Source of the DNA: Myxococcota bacterium
Lineage (GTDB): Bacteria; Myxococcota_A; UBA9160; UBA6930
Length of the DNA: 64,000 bases
NCBI GenBank assembly: GCA_965223705.1
Contig: OZ245015.1
Coordinates: 832,001-896,000, forward strand
Reading direction: 5' to 3'
Position 1 is the first letter of the stretch. Each line of letters starts with the position of its first letter. A program made the translations under genes and the position numbers. The notes beneath the pieces are model-generated. The model made no database searches and was not told where the DNA came from. It worked only from the letters and a program-made list of their open reading frames with translations. This document shows, in pieces, positions 31,001-39,397 of the stretch.

Positions 31001-31029
31001 AGGTACAGCGCGGGAAGGTGGAGGCTTAA
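28009..31029 (+). CDS. actB: Alternative complex III subunit B (molybdopterin-oxidoreductase-like domain fused to a ferredoxin domain), Tat lipoprotein
   Basis: ARRDFLK Tat motif and AAGC lipobox; CNGCSAC..C, CQQC..PC..VCP, RCIGTRYCANNCPY, EKCTFC. Confidence 0.92.
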   Translation: MPEIARRDFLKLVGTSAGAAAAAGCSDHVTNLIPYVVQPEEITPGLPVYYASTCRECPAGCGIHVKTREGRPVLIEGNPDHPVNRGALCARGQASIGRTYHPERFKGPMLRNGDGELEPISWDDAIARLASEVGKNARSTHFLGSHPGETLSRLMDELVGAMGASRTVMETFADESLREAARQVFGEAALPVFDLSDADLVIDFGNELLDTGLSPTEHQRQLADARDPDKHEHGGARLVYVGSRLSLTASSADEWLPAVPGTEGMLALALAQVAMSAGGDTSLATAVGSVDVNSVAQSSGVPADTIERIGRAIAKGKRVVALPPGPAVKSRRAIGATAAVLVLNAVAGALGRGMTLSSAGDRGRPNYRDVLALVKQMQDGAASVLFVHGANPVYALPKAAGFAEALAKVGFVVSTASAPDDTTAHAHLILPDHTPLESWGDVSPRDGVRDLVQPSIRPLYDTRSLGDVLLATARAIGGSAAAAAPEGDFQAVLASAWADTDFRKAQADGGVFTQAPAVTATPTGAPIDASLPKLSGEGDYTLVAFPHSFLYDGSGADLPWLQEIPDPVTSVAWQSWAEISLTTADKLGVELGDVIAIETSAGSIEVPVYPRGGIRDDVVAVPIGQGHEHGYWASKTCDGIPGEARGVNVIDVLSAAVDESGGRAWLTERASLTNTGRSRRLPMLQWSDNKRQRQLGEVIALAELEGEHHGNGAGDHHGNGAGDDHGGHGGGHGDHHEIHEPYDAADDARDGIEYRWGMTVDLDRCNGCSACIQACYIENNVPVVGELETLRVRQMPWIRLDRWVGEGEQDLPYGRVHPQANGEKLGETDVRNSPMFCQQCGSAPCEPVCPVIATYTNDEGLNAMVYNRCIGTRYCANNCPYKVRRFNYFDNQITKIPEPMHLMLNPDVTVRGQGVMEKCTFCVQRIQAARQTAKDEGRMIEDSEVKTACQRACGAGAIDFGNLRASGTPFRKKFDDPKRGYHALHVLNTRPAVTYLKKVQRGKVEA
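30130..30177 (+). repeat. 24-bp tandem duplication encoding HHGNGAGD x2 in the His-rich linker of ActB
   Basis: catcacggcaacggcgccggggat followed by catcacggcaacggcgcgggcgat. Confidence 0.9.
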
Positions 31030-31030
31030 G

Positions 31031-32398
31031 ATGACGCCGCCGCCGGTCACGTCGATCGCCGAACCGATGCGCCCGCTCTCGCCCGCCGAGGACTCGAAGA
31101 TCAACCGCGACATCCTCGCGGTGATGGACAAGCCCACGCTCGGCTACTGGCTCTGCTTGGGCGCAGCTCTCGCCACGATGCACTTGGCGGGTGGCCTGTG
31201 GGTCTATCAGGTCTATATCGGGCTCGGGCTCGGAGGCTACACACATCCGCTTTTCTGGGGCGCCTACATCGTCACGTTCGTGTTCTGGGTCGGTATCGCC
31301 CACGCCGGCACCCTGATCTCGGCCATTCTCTACCTGTTCCGCGCGAAGTGGAGAAACGCGATCAATCGCGGCGCGGAAGCGATGACGGTCTTCGCGGTCC
31401 TGACGGCCGCGCAGTTCCTGGGCATCCACGTGGGCCGCATGTGGAAGTCGTATTTCATCCTGCCGTACCCGAATCAGCGCGGTTTGTGGGTGAACTTCAA
31501 GAGCCCGCTCATGTGGGACACCTTCGCGGTCTCGACCTACGCCACGATCTCGATCGTCTTCTTCTACATCGGGCTCATTCCCGACCTGGCGATCGCGCGC
31601 GATCGGGCGACGGGTTGGCGCAAGTTCCTCTACACCGCGTTGGCCCTCGGTTGGCAGGGCACCTCGCGCCAGTGGAAGTCGCACTCGCGTGCCGTTCTTC
31701 ACCTCTCGGGCTTGGCGACACCGCTGGTGCTCTCGGTGCACAGCGTCGTGTCCTGGGACTTCGCCGTGTCCATCGTGCCGGGTTGGCACGCGACCATCTT
31801 CGCTCCCTACTTCGTCGCGGGCGCCATTTTCTCGGGCTTCGCGATGGTGCTGACGGTGCTGATTCCGGTGCGTCGGATCTACGGCCTCGAGGCGTACATC
31901 ACCGAATATCACTTCGACATGATGACGCGCTTCATCCTGCTCACATCGCTCATCGTCGGTTACGCGTACGCCACGGAATACTTCGTCGCGTGGTACAGCG
32001 GCGTCGAGTTCGAGAAGACGTCGTTCTGGTTGCGCGCCTTCGGGCCCTACTGGATATCGACCTGGATCATGATCATATGCAACGGAGTGATCCCACAGGT
32101 CTTCTGGTGGAGACAGTGTCGAACCCACATACCGACGATTTTCGTCGTCGCGACGTTCATCAACATCGGCATGTGGTTCGAGCGCTACGTCATTATCATC
32201 ACCGGTCTGTCTCGGGAATACGACCCCGCGGTCTGGGGTGTCTACACACCGAGCTTCGTCGAGCTCGGCATCCTGGCCGGAAGCTTCGGCTTCTTCTGTA
32301 CCTTGTTCTTGATTTTCCTCAAGCTGTTCCCGGTGATCGCCATCGCGGAGGTGAAGGAACTCGCCATCCACGAGAAAGCACACGGGGGGGCACACTGA
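31031..32398 (+). CDS. actC: Alternative complex III quinol-oxidising membrane subunit (NrfD/PsrC family)
   Basis: FVFWVGIAHAGTLISA, R.AEAMT, SPLMWD, LATPLVLSVHS, GMWFERY. Confidence 0.95.
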   Translation: MTPPPVTSIAEPMRPLSPAEDSKINRDILAVMDKPTLGYWLCLGAALATMHLAGGLWVYQVYIGLGLGGYTHPLFWGAYIVTFVFWVGIAHAGTLISAILYLFRAKWRNAINRGAEAMTVFAVLTAAQFLGIHVGRMWKSYFILPYPNQRGLWVNFKSPLMWDTFAVSTYATISIVFFYIGLIPDLAIARDRATGWRKFLYTALALGWQGTSRQWKSHSRAVLHLSGLATPLVLSVHSVVSWDFAVSIVPGWHATIFAPYFVAGAIFSGFAMVLTVLIPVRRIYGLEAYITEYHFDMMTRFILLTSLIVGYAYATEYFVAWYSGVEFEKTSFWLRAFGPYWISTWIMIICNGVIPQVFWWRQCRTHIPTIFVVATFINIGMWFERYVIIITGLSREYDPAVWGVYTPSFVELGILAGSFGFFCTLFLIFLKLFPVIAIAEVKELAIHEKAHGGAH

Positions 32399-32910
32399 TG
32401 CCTTCGCTCATCGCCGTCTACGATCAACCGGACCCGCTCGTCGAAGTCGTGAAGCGCCTGAAGAATCGCGGTTACGAAGACCTCGAGGTCTATTCCCCCG
32501 CGCCCTTCGCCGAGATCGACGACGCCGTCATGGAGAAGCCGAGCCGCGTGCGGATCTTCACTTTGATCGGGGGGCTGCTCGGTGCTTTCACCGGTTTCTT
32601 CATCACGATCTGGATGTCGAACGATTGGCCGCTCATGATCGGCGGCAAACCGTACTCGTCGATTCCGCCCTACGTGATCATCTCTTTCGAACTGACGGTT
32701 CTGTTCGGCGGCCTGGCGACCCTGATCGGTCTCCTCACCGTTGGCAAGCTGCCGTACGGAAAGTTCGGCGTTCACGACGACGCGTATAGCGAGCGCTTTT
32801 CGGCCGAGGAATTCGGTCTCGTCGTCGAATGCGCCGACCGAGACGTCGCCGAGGTCGACGCGTTGATGCGCGCCCACTCCGCCAAGGAGGTGAACCTTGT
32901 CGAAGCATAG
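32398..32910 (+). CDS. actD: Alternative complex III subunit D (DUF3341)
   Basis: YSPAP, two TM helices, GGKP..S.P, FELTVL. ATG 32398 overlaps the actC TGA. Confidence 0.9.
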   Translation: MPSLIAVYDQPDPLVEVVKRLKNRGYEDLEVYSPAPFAEIDDAVMEKPSRVRIFTLIGGLLGAFTGFFITIWMSNDWPLMIGGKPYSSIPPYVIISFELTVLFGGLATLIGLLTVGKLPYGKFGVHDDAYSERFSAEEFGLVVECADRDVAEVDALMRAHSAKEVNLVEA

Positions 32911-33460
32911 TCCCAAGGCGCTGGCGACCTTGGTGCTGCTGTCGCTCACCACACTGCCCGGTTGTTGGGAGCAGTGGTCGGAGACGTGGTTCCCGCAGAT
33001 GAAGTGGCAGAAAGCCGTGCAGGCATTCGAAGCGCCGATGCTCGACGGTGAGATGCGCGAGTTCTTGCCGCCCGAAGGCAGCGTTCCGATCGACGGTGGA
33101 GAAGCCCAGGTCAATCGCCTGAACCTCCCCGCGGCCGATGCGTTGGTGAACCCGCGAGACGCTTCGGACTACCGCTCGCTCGCGAACGGCGAAGAGCAGT
33201 ACCAGGTCTACTGCGCCGTTTGTCACGGCGACACCGGGATGGGCGACGGGCCCGTCAGCGCCACGGGCACGAAGACGGGTCCGTTCGCCGGCGTGTTTCC
33301 CCTGGTCGGAATCACCCGAGGCCGCAGCGATGGCTACATCTACCTGACGATTCGCAATGGCGGCATCAATATGCCGAACTATAAGCACATACCCGCGATG
33401 GACCGCTGGGACATCGTGAACTACGTGCGTTTCCTCGATAAGAAGGGAGGCCGGCCGTGA
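32897..33460 (+). CDS. actE: Alternative complex III monoheme cytochrome c lipoprotein
   Basis: LPGC lipobox, PPEGSVP, CAVCHG..G.GDG, MP.Y, RW.IV.Y. Confidence 0.9.
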   Translation: MSKHSPKALATLVLLSLTTLPGCWEQWSETWFPQMKWQKAVQAFEAPMLDGEMREFLPPEGSVPIDGGEAQVNRLNLPAADALVNPRDASDYRSLANGEEQYQVYCAVCHGDTGMGDGPVSATGTKTGPFAGVFPLVGITRGRSDGYIYLTIRNGGINMPNYKHIPAMDRWDIVNYVRFLDKKGGRP

Positions 33461-34734
33461 GCGCGGGTGTCGTGCCGATCGAACGAGCGGCCCCGCGGAG
33501 TCTTCCCGGCACCGTCGCGGGCATCGCCGCAATCCTATTCGCCGGAGGCCTGATCGCGTTCTTCTACGGGCTCGCGAACGATCCGGAGACCGCGTGGCGT
33601 GCTTTCCACGTGAACTACATCTACTTCGGTGGCCTCGCCCAGGGCGCCATCGTTCTCTCCGCGGCGATGGTCATTATCGGCGCCCGTTGGGCGGGTCCGG
33701 TGCAGCGCATCGCAGAATCGCTCGGCGCGTGGGTCCCCGTCACGTTCGTGCTCGGTTGTGTCGGATACTTCGGCCGCCACCACGTCTACGACTGGATCGA
33801 GCACCCGATCGCGATCAAGGCCGCTTGGCTGAACCCGACGCGCATGTACGTGATGGACCTGGCGATCCTGGGAATCCTCGCGATCCTGACAATCGTCTGG
33901 CTCAAGACGCGCTGGCGCCCGACGCTTCACGGCGTCGAAGCGACGGGTTTCGCGAAAGGGATGATCGAGAGCTGGACGAAGGGCTGGCGCGGTGACGCCG
34001 AAGAAAACGAGGCGCGAGCCAGCCGTCTCAAGGTCCTCGCCCCGATCATCTGCCTGATGTACGGCTTCGGCTGGAGCATCATCGCGTTCGACCAGGTGAT
34101 GTCGCTCTCCCCGATGTGGTTCTCGAACTTGTTCGGAGCGTTCGTCGCGTGGGGCGGGTTCCTCTCGGCGGTTTCGGTCACCACGCTCCTAGCGGTTCTT
34201 CACCGCAATTATCCCGGCCTCGAGAACGAGATCACGCGCGCGCGGCTGCACGATCTGGGGAAGATGATCTTCGCTTTCTCCATTTTTTGGATGTACCTCT
34301 TCTTCGCCCAGTACCTGGTGATCTGGTACGGCAACTTGCCCGAAGAGACGATGTTCTTCGCGGCGCGACTCGGTACCGAGTTCCTGCAGGGCACCTGGTA
34401 CTTTGACGGTTGGTGGGAGCGAATCCAAGAGCCCTACGTGCGGCTCACTTTGTTCGCCTGGATCTGCGTCTGGGTCATCCCGTTCTGGTTCCTCCTCGGC
34501 CAACGGCCGAAGCAGACGTATTGGTTCGTCGGAAGCGTCGCGTTCATCTCGGCCTTCGGTCTGTGGATCGAGCGCAACGTGCTGATCTGGCCCTCACTGG
34601 TGCCCGACAACACGATGGCCCCGTTTGGATGGATCCAGATCGGAATCGCCCTCGGCTTCCTCGGCGCGTTCACACTTGTCTTCCTCATGTTCTCGAGGGT
34701 GTTCCCGTCGCTGGCGGTTCCGCAGGACTCCTAA
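33457..34734 (+). CDS. actF: Alternative complex III membrane subunit F
   Basis: WLN, D..MSL.P.WFS, HDLGK, FW.Y..F.QY..IWYGNLPEE. Confidence 0.92.
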   Translation: MSAGVVPIERAAPRSLPGTVAGIAAILFAGGLIAFFYGLANDPETAWRAFHVNYIYFGGLAQGAIVLSAAMVIIGARWAGPVQRIAESLGAWVPVTFVLGCVGYFGRHHVYDWIEHPIAIKAAWLNPTRMYVMDLAILGILAILTIVWLKTRWRPTLHGVEATGFAKGMIESWTKGWRGDAEENEARASRLKVLAPIICLMYGFGWSIIAFDQVMSLSPMWFSNLFGAFVAWGGFLSAVSVTTLLAVLHRNYPGLENEITRARLHDLGKMIFAFSIFWMYLFFAQYLVIWYGNLPEETMFFAARLGTEFLQGTWYFDGWWERIQEPYVRLTLFAWICVWVIPFWFLLGQRPKQTYWFVGSVAFISAFGLWIERNVLIWPSLVPDNTMAPFGWIQIGIALGFLGAFTLVFLMFSRVFPSLAVPQDS

Positions 34735-34800
34735 ACGAACGAGTTACCGCCGACGGCCAGTGAGGTTCGCTTCCCTCTAGGCGACGGCTTCGAACCCATC

Positions 34801-36084
34801 GTGGTGGCGGGCGGTGAGCTGCATCACCCGGAAACCACCTACCTGCCGGCGCGTTTGTCGCCGCTGCGCACCACACCCGTTCGTGCGATCACCCACTTTT
34901 CCGTGAGTGGTGCGGGAATCCGCATTGGCACCGCTCGGGGCTGCCATACGTTTCTACGCAAGCGTTTCGTCGATGCCTCGGGCCCAGAAGATCTGGCTCA
35001 CGCGATCGGTGAGGCGATGGCGCGTTCGGAGGGTCGCGGGGCGGCGTTCGAACACATGCGCGAACTCGATCTGCTCGCGCAACGAGAACGCACCCCTGTG
35101 AGTCACGGTGTCGCGATCCTCTGCGTCGTGGTCTTCGCGCTTCAGTGGGTGTTTCAGCCAGAGCTTCTCTACGCGGGCGAGTTCAGTGCCTCGTTCGTTC
35201 GCGCCGGTGAGCTCTACCGACTCGTGACGGCGAACTTCCTCCACGGGTCGCTGGTCCACCTCGCGCTCAATGTTCTCGGCTTGCGCTTTCTGGGCGCCTT
35301 CGTCGAACGCCCGTTGGGATCTCACGCCACGTTTTTTGTACTCGCGCTTTCGGGAATCGGCGCGATGGTCGGCAGCTACTTCGCAGACTACGCGTCGGCG
35401 GTAGGCGCTTCGGGGATGGTCTTCGGCCTCGCTGGTGCCCTGGTGTGGCTCGAGCTCGGCCGGGCGCGAGATCTCCCGGTGTCGTTCCGATTGCCGCGCC
35501 GCCTGCTCTTGACTTTGGTAGCGGCGGAGACGGTGGTGCTTTCGCTGGTTCCCATCGTCGCAGGCGCCGCTCACGTCGGCGGCCTTGTGGCGGGCTACCT
35601 CGCGGCACGCGTTGCCGGTTCGACCACTCTCCCCGCAAGCGCCGCCTGGTTGCCGCGCGCGAATGCGCCGATCGCAGCCTTGGCGATGCTCGCTGTTGTC
35701 ACGGCGGGCGTTTTTCACTTCGCGCGCGGGGACGAATACGCCCTCCGTCAAGCGGAACGGCTTCTTCAAGCGGAAGGCGTCCACCCGATGTTTCTCAACA
35801 ATGCCGCTTGGAAGCTTGTGACGGAAAGCGAACCCGAAGAAGAGACCCTCGACCTAGCGCTGCGCCTCGCGACGCGCGCGGTTGCTCTCACCGAGAGACG
35901 AGAGCCGACGATCCTCGACACGCTCGCGGAGATTCATTTCGTGGGCGGACGCAATGCGGAGGCCCTCAGGACGATCGACGAAGCGATCTCCTTGAAGCCC
36001 GAAGAAAGCTACTACCTCGAACAGAAGAGGCGATTTCTGGGAGAGCGGGACGCGGACGATCGACCGGCCGCTCCTGACTCCTAG
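34801..36084 (+). CDS. Rhomboid intramembrane serine protease with a C-terminal TPR-like region (true start possibly 34735)
   Basis: YRLVTANFLH..HL..N, GASG (catalytic Ser), AHVGG (catalytic His); C-terminal NNAAW and ILDTLA TPR-like motifs. Confidence 0.88.
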   Translation: MVAGGELHHPETTYLPARLSPLRTTPVRAITHFSVSGAGIRIGTARGCHTFLRKRFVDASGPEDLAHAIGEAMARSEGRGAAFEHMRELDLLAQRERTPVSHGVAILCVVVFALQWVFQPELLYAGEFSASFVRAGELYRLVTANFLHGSLVHLALNVLGLRFLGAFVERPLGSHATFFVLALSGIGAMVGSYFADYASAVGASGMVFGLAGALVWLELGRARDLPVSFRLPRRLLLTLVAAETVVLSLVPIVAGAAHVGGLVAGYLAARVAGSTTLPASAAWLPRANAPIAALAMLAVVTAGVFHFARGDEYALRQAERLLQAEGVHPMFLNNAAWKLVTESEPEEETLDLALRLATRAVALTERREPTILDTLAEIHFVGGRNAEALRTIDEAISLKPEESYYLEQKRRFLGERDADDRPAAPDS

Positions 36085-36096
36085 GGCGCGTCGCCG

Positions 36097-37062
36097 CTAG
36101 CGAGTGAAGACATCGCCGTCCGACGCGACCGATACGGCGCCCTGGAAATCTTTCCCGAGGATGCGCGTGTACTGAAAGCCGAACACCGGCGGCGGCGAAA
36201 GCTGGGTCAGTATGACGTGGGCGACATTCATTTGCTTCGCCAGCGCGCCCAGCTCCTCAACGGCGAGTGCCTTCTCCGAGACGGCGCGCAACCGCTCGGG
36301 GTCGCTCGCCCCGGCTTCGATCGCCGCCTCGACGCTGGCTCGGTAGGTCGCGGCCTGCACCCAGAAGGTGGCGTCTTCTGTAGCCCGCGCGAGCGCTTCA
36401 AGATCGAACACCCGGGAAGCGATGGCGACCGATGTCTCGCCGCGGCTGATCCGGTAGCTCATCGTCGGAAAGGGCTCTTCACCGACACGCAGCCAATCGA
36501 CTTGAAGATCCCCGACACTGGCCAAGCCATCGGTCCCCACGAGAGGTCCGGCAACCACGTCGGGGACCGCTCGAAGCCCTTCGATCTCGCGCTGGTTATC
36601 AAGACTCCGGTGATTGGATGCGGCGAGACCCAGCACGAAGTCATCGACGCCCACCGGGCCAAAGACCGATAGATCCGCCGCCCCGGGGACCCGCGCTCGT
36701 GCGGCGGTGAGGTCGTCGAGTCCTACAGTGGCTTCCGGCAGCAAGCTCGTCAAAAAGACGTGCTTGACTTGCTCGGCGGGAATTCCCGCCGAGCGCAGCG
36801 CGTCGGCAACTCCGCGGCCGGCGTCGACGAGAATGAAGTCGTGCCGAAACCCAACGCCCGTCGCAGGCCCGTAGCGGCGCTGGTTCGGGGCGCCGGTGCC
36901 GGTTCCGAGCAGGAACACGGAGAACTCGTCAAATTTCTGGGTCTCCAGGGGGCGGATCTCCGAGGCCGCCGCCTCGATGCGCTTCGAAGCCCAAGAGAGC
37001 CCGAAGACCGCGAAGAGGCCCACCACCCCCACGACCAGAAGAACCCCGCGGATCTGATTCAA
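36097..37062 (-). CDS. Membrane-anchored MBL-fold protein (RNase Z/AtsA-like) with a degenerate metal site
   Basis: LLGTG.G.P, ILVDAGRG, VFLT, YRI, ILTQL.P, DG are in the family order; N-terminal TM. TTG start. Confidence 0.75.
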   Translation of the reverse strand: MNQIRGVLLVVGVVGLFAVFGLSWASKRIEAAASEIRPLETQKFDEFSVFLLGTGTGAPNQRRYGPATGVGFRHDFILVDAGRGVADALRSAGIPAEQVKHVFLTSLLPEATVGLDDLTAARARVPGAADLSVFGPVGVDDFVLGLAASNHRSLDNQREIEGLRAVPDVVAGPLVGTDGLASVGDLQVDWLRVGEEPFPTMSYRISRGETSVAIASRVFDLEALARATEDATFWVQAATYRASVEAAIEAGASDPERLRAVSEKALAVEELGALAKQMNVAHVILTQLSPPPVFGFQYTRILGKDFQGAVSVASDGDVFTR

Positions 37063-37331
37063 GTCGGTCCCACCCCAAGCGACAAATGTGCTTTAACCGC
37101 CCGAATTCTAGCCACTTTTTCGCCGCTTGCGGGCGCTCTAGCTCGCCGCCTGTCCTTCCGATAAATTCCGGCATAGGGGAATCTCACTCATTCCCCGAGT
37201 CTCTCCGGGGCACGTTGCTTTCTGAGGGGCGACCTGGGGCGGTGGGAACGGCGCTCGCCATAACCCCGGGAAGACCGCGGCGGAGCCTGGGCCTCGCTGC
37301 AAGTCCCCTACGCCGGGAAGGAGGTGAAAAA

Positions 37332-37376
37332 TTGGACCATTATCAATCTACGGCGAGTGAGGTGGTGGCGTCCTAA
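37332..37376 (+). CDS. Candidate 14-aa small peptide MDHYQSTASEVVAS
   Basis: AAGGAGGTGA (37318-37327) is a 10-nt match to the canonical anti-SD; TTG follows 7 nt after GGAGG. It lies in a long intergenic gap. Confidence 0.45.
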   Translation: MDHYQSTASEVVAS

Positions 37377-37578
37377 CGCCCACTGAGAGCCGTTTTTTTC
37401 TCACTTCTCGGTGTAGCTAGGGGCGCCAGTCCCAGAGCCACCGCCCCGGGAGCGCGGACGCCGTAGCCGCTTTAGGGCCAAGATTCGCAAAGTCGCAACA
37501 GGCGAACTTGGCGGATAACAGCCCGCTCCCGGGGATTTTTTTGTCCTTCCCACGACTCCTTCGAATAGTTCGATGCGC

Positions 37579-37594
37579 TGTGACGTCGACCACA
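37579..37594. promoter_or_regulatory. CRP/FNR-family-like palindrome
   Basis: TGTGA-cgtcga-CCACA, 9/10 to TGTGA-N6-TCACA, flanked by C and G. Confidence 0.35.
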
Positions 37595-37770
37595 GTGGGT
37601 CCGCGCTGTCCGCCGTACAAAAGGGAACGAATTGATTTTGCGGTGAGAGGTTCCCGCGCGCGTCGATAGCCAGCGTCGGTGAGTCGGATGGTCCGACCGC
37701 CAATCCCGTCCGGGCGAGGTCGTCGGCGCGCGCGGTTGCTCCGCAGAGTCAGTCGTCCACGAGCTGGGGC

Positions 37771-37776
37771 TATACT
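37771..37776 (+). promoter_or_regulatory. -10 element of a probably leaderless transcript
   Basis: TATACT 7 nt before ATG 37784; no SD. Confidence 0.5.
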
Positions 37777-37783
37777 GCCGGCC

Positions 37784-39397
37784 ATGCCGAACCCCATCCA
37801 TCTCGATCCGATGACCCCGGTGACGTTTCTCGAGCGAAGCGTCCGCGTGTTTCCCGACAAGACGGCCGTTGTGTACGGCGACATACGCTGGACGTACCGC
37901 GAGTTTGGTCAGGAAGTCGGCAGGCTCGCGGGAGCGCTTCTCCGTGCGGGCATCGGTCCCGACGACCGCGTCGCTTTCCTCGCGCCCAACGTGCCGGCCA
38001 TGCTTGTCGCACATTTCGCCGTCTTGCGAATCAAGGCGGTCTTGGTCGCGATCAACACCCGTCTGAACGCCGAAGAGGTGGCTTACATCCTCAACCACTC
38101 GGGCGCCAAGATCGTCTTCTGCGACCCTGAGCTCGCGCCCAAGGTGGCAGAAGCACCGGGCGGACTCGACGCGAATCCGCTGCTGGTCAACGTGCTCGAC
38201 GCGGCTGCGGGCTTTGGAGAGTCGGTTCTCGACGGTCCCACCTACGACGAGTTCGTCGATTCTGCGGAGATCCTCCCGATCGAGATGGAGCTCGACGACG
38301 AAGATCGGGTCACGTCGATCAACTACACCTCGGGGACGACGGGCCGGCCGAAAGGCGTGATGTACACCCACCGCGGCGCGTTCTTGAACGCGTTCGGCGA
38401 GATGTACGTGCACGAACTCGAGCGCGACAGCGTCTATCTCTGGACCCTGCCGCTCTTCCACTGCAACGGCTGGTGCTTCCCGTGGGCAGTAACGGGCGCG
38501 GCGGGAACCCACGTGATGCTGCGAGCGGTCGATCCGACGGAGATCTACCGGTTGATCGACACCGAGGGCGTCACACACTTTAACGGCGCGCCGACTGTGC
38601 TCTTGATGATGACGGAAGCGCCCGAAGCTGCGGGTCGGCATTTCGATCCGCCGCTCAAAGTCGCCACCGGCGGTGCGCCGCCTTCACCCACGTTGCTCGC
38701 TGCGCTCGACAAGCTCGGCGTGCGCGTCATCCACTTGTACGGGCTCACCGAGACCTATGGGCCGCACGTGTATTGCCAGCTGCAGCCCGAGTGGGAAGCC
38801 CTCGAGGCTGGGCCGCGCGCGAAGGTCATGTCGCGCCAGGGTGTGCCGTACCACCACGCGTTCCATCTTCGCGTCGTCGACGGTGAGATGCGCGACGTTC
38901 CGGCGGACGCCGAGACCATGGGTGAGGTCGTCATGCGGGGCAACAACTGCATGAAGGGTTACTTCAACGACGAAGAAGCGACGGCGAAGGCTTTCGAAGG
39001 CGGTTGGTTTCATTCCGGAGACATCGGGGTCGTCCATCCCGACGGTTACATCGAGCTCCGAGATCGCAAGAAAGACATCATTATCAGCGGCGGCGAGAAT
39101 ATTTCGACCATCGAAGTGGAGCACATGGTGGTGAGCCACCCCGCGGTGTCCGAGGCCGCCGTCGTGGCCGTCCCGCACGAGAAGTGGGGCGAGGTTCCCA
39201 AAGCGTTCGTGATGTTGAAAGAAGGCGAAAGCGCGACGGAGCAGGACATCATCGAGTACTGTCGCTCGAACATGGCACACTTCAAATGTCCCAAACACGT
39301 CGAGTTCGGTGAACTGCCGAAGACCGCTACTGGGAAGATCCAGAAGTTCCGTCTGCGCGAGAAAGAGTGGGCGGGCTACGAGAAGCGGATCTCCTAG
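37784..39397 (+). CDS. AMP-dependent acyl-CoA synthetase/ligase
   Basis: YTSGTTGRPKG, LPLFHCNGW, YGLTE, GWFHSGD, SGGENIS, PKTATGK. Confidence 0.95.
   Translation: MPNPIHLDPMTPVTFLERSVRVFPDKTAVVYGDIRWTYREFGQEVGRLAGALLRAGIGPDDRVAFLAPNVPAMLVAHFAVLRIKAVLVAINTRLNAEEVAYILNHSGAKIVFCDPELAPKVAEAPGGLDANPLLVNVLDAAAGFGESVLDGPTYDEFVDSAEILPIEMELDDEDRVTSINYTSGTTGRPKGVMYTHRGAFLNAFGEMYVHELERDSVYLWTLPLFHCNGWCFPWAVTGAAGTHVMLRAVDPTEIYRLIDTEGVTHFNGAPTVLLMMTEAPEAAGRHFDPPLKVATGGAPPSPTLLAALDKLGVRVIHLYGLTETYGPHVYCQLQPEWEALEAGPRAKVMSRQGVPYHHAFHLRVVDGEMRDVPADAETMGEVVMRGNNCMKGYFNDEEATAKAFEGGWFHSGDIGVVHPDGYIELRDRKKDIIISGGENISTIEVEHMVVSHPAVSEAAVVAVPHEKWGEVPKAFVMLKEGESATEQDIIEYCRSNMAHFKCPKHVEFGELPKTATGKIQKFRLREKEWAGYEKRIS

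Noticed and set aside
28009..31029. ActB as a true molybdoenzyme (formate, nitrate or polysulfide reductase)
   Set aside because: The actA/C/D/E/F context identifies ACIII, whose B subunit is known to lack Mo. No Sec or clear Mo ligand is evident.
31198..32397. Long 5' extension of actD in the ORF track (570 aa)
   Set aside because: Off-frame overlap with actC. The real actD begins at the TGATG junction (32398); no frameshift is needed.
37063..37783. Possible tRNA, SRP RNA, RNase P RNA, tmRNA or known riboswitch in the long intergenic region
   Set aside because: No cloverleaf or hallmark motifs recognised by eye. An Infernal/Rfam search is needed to exclude them formally.
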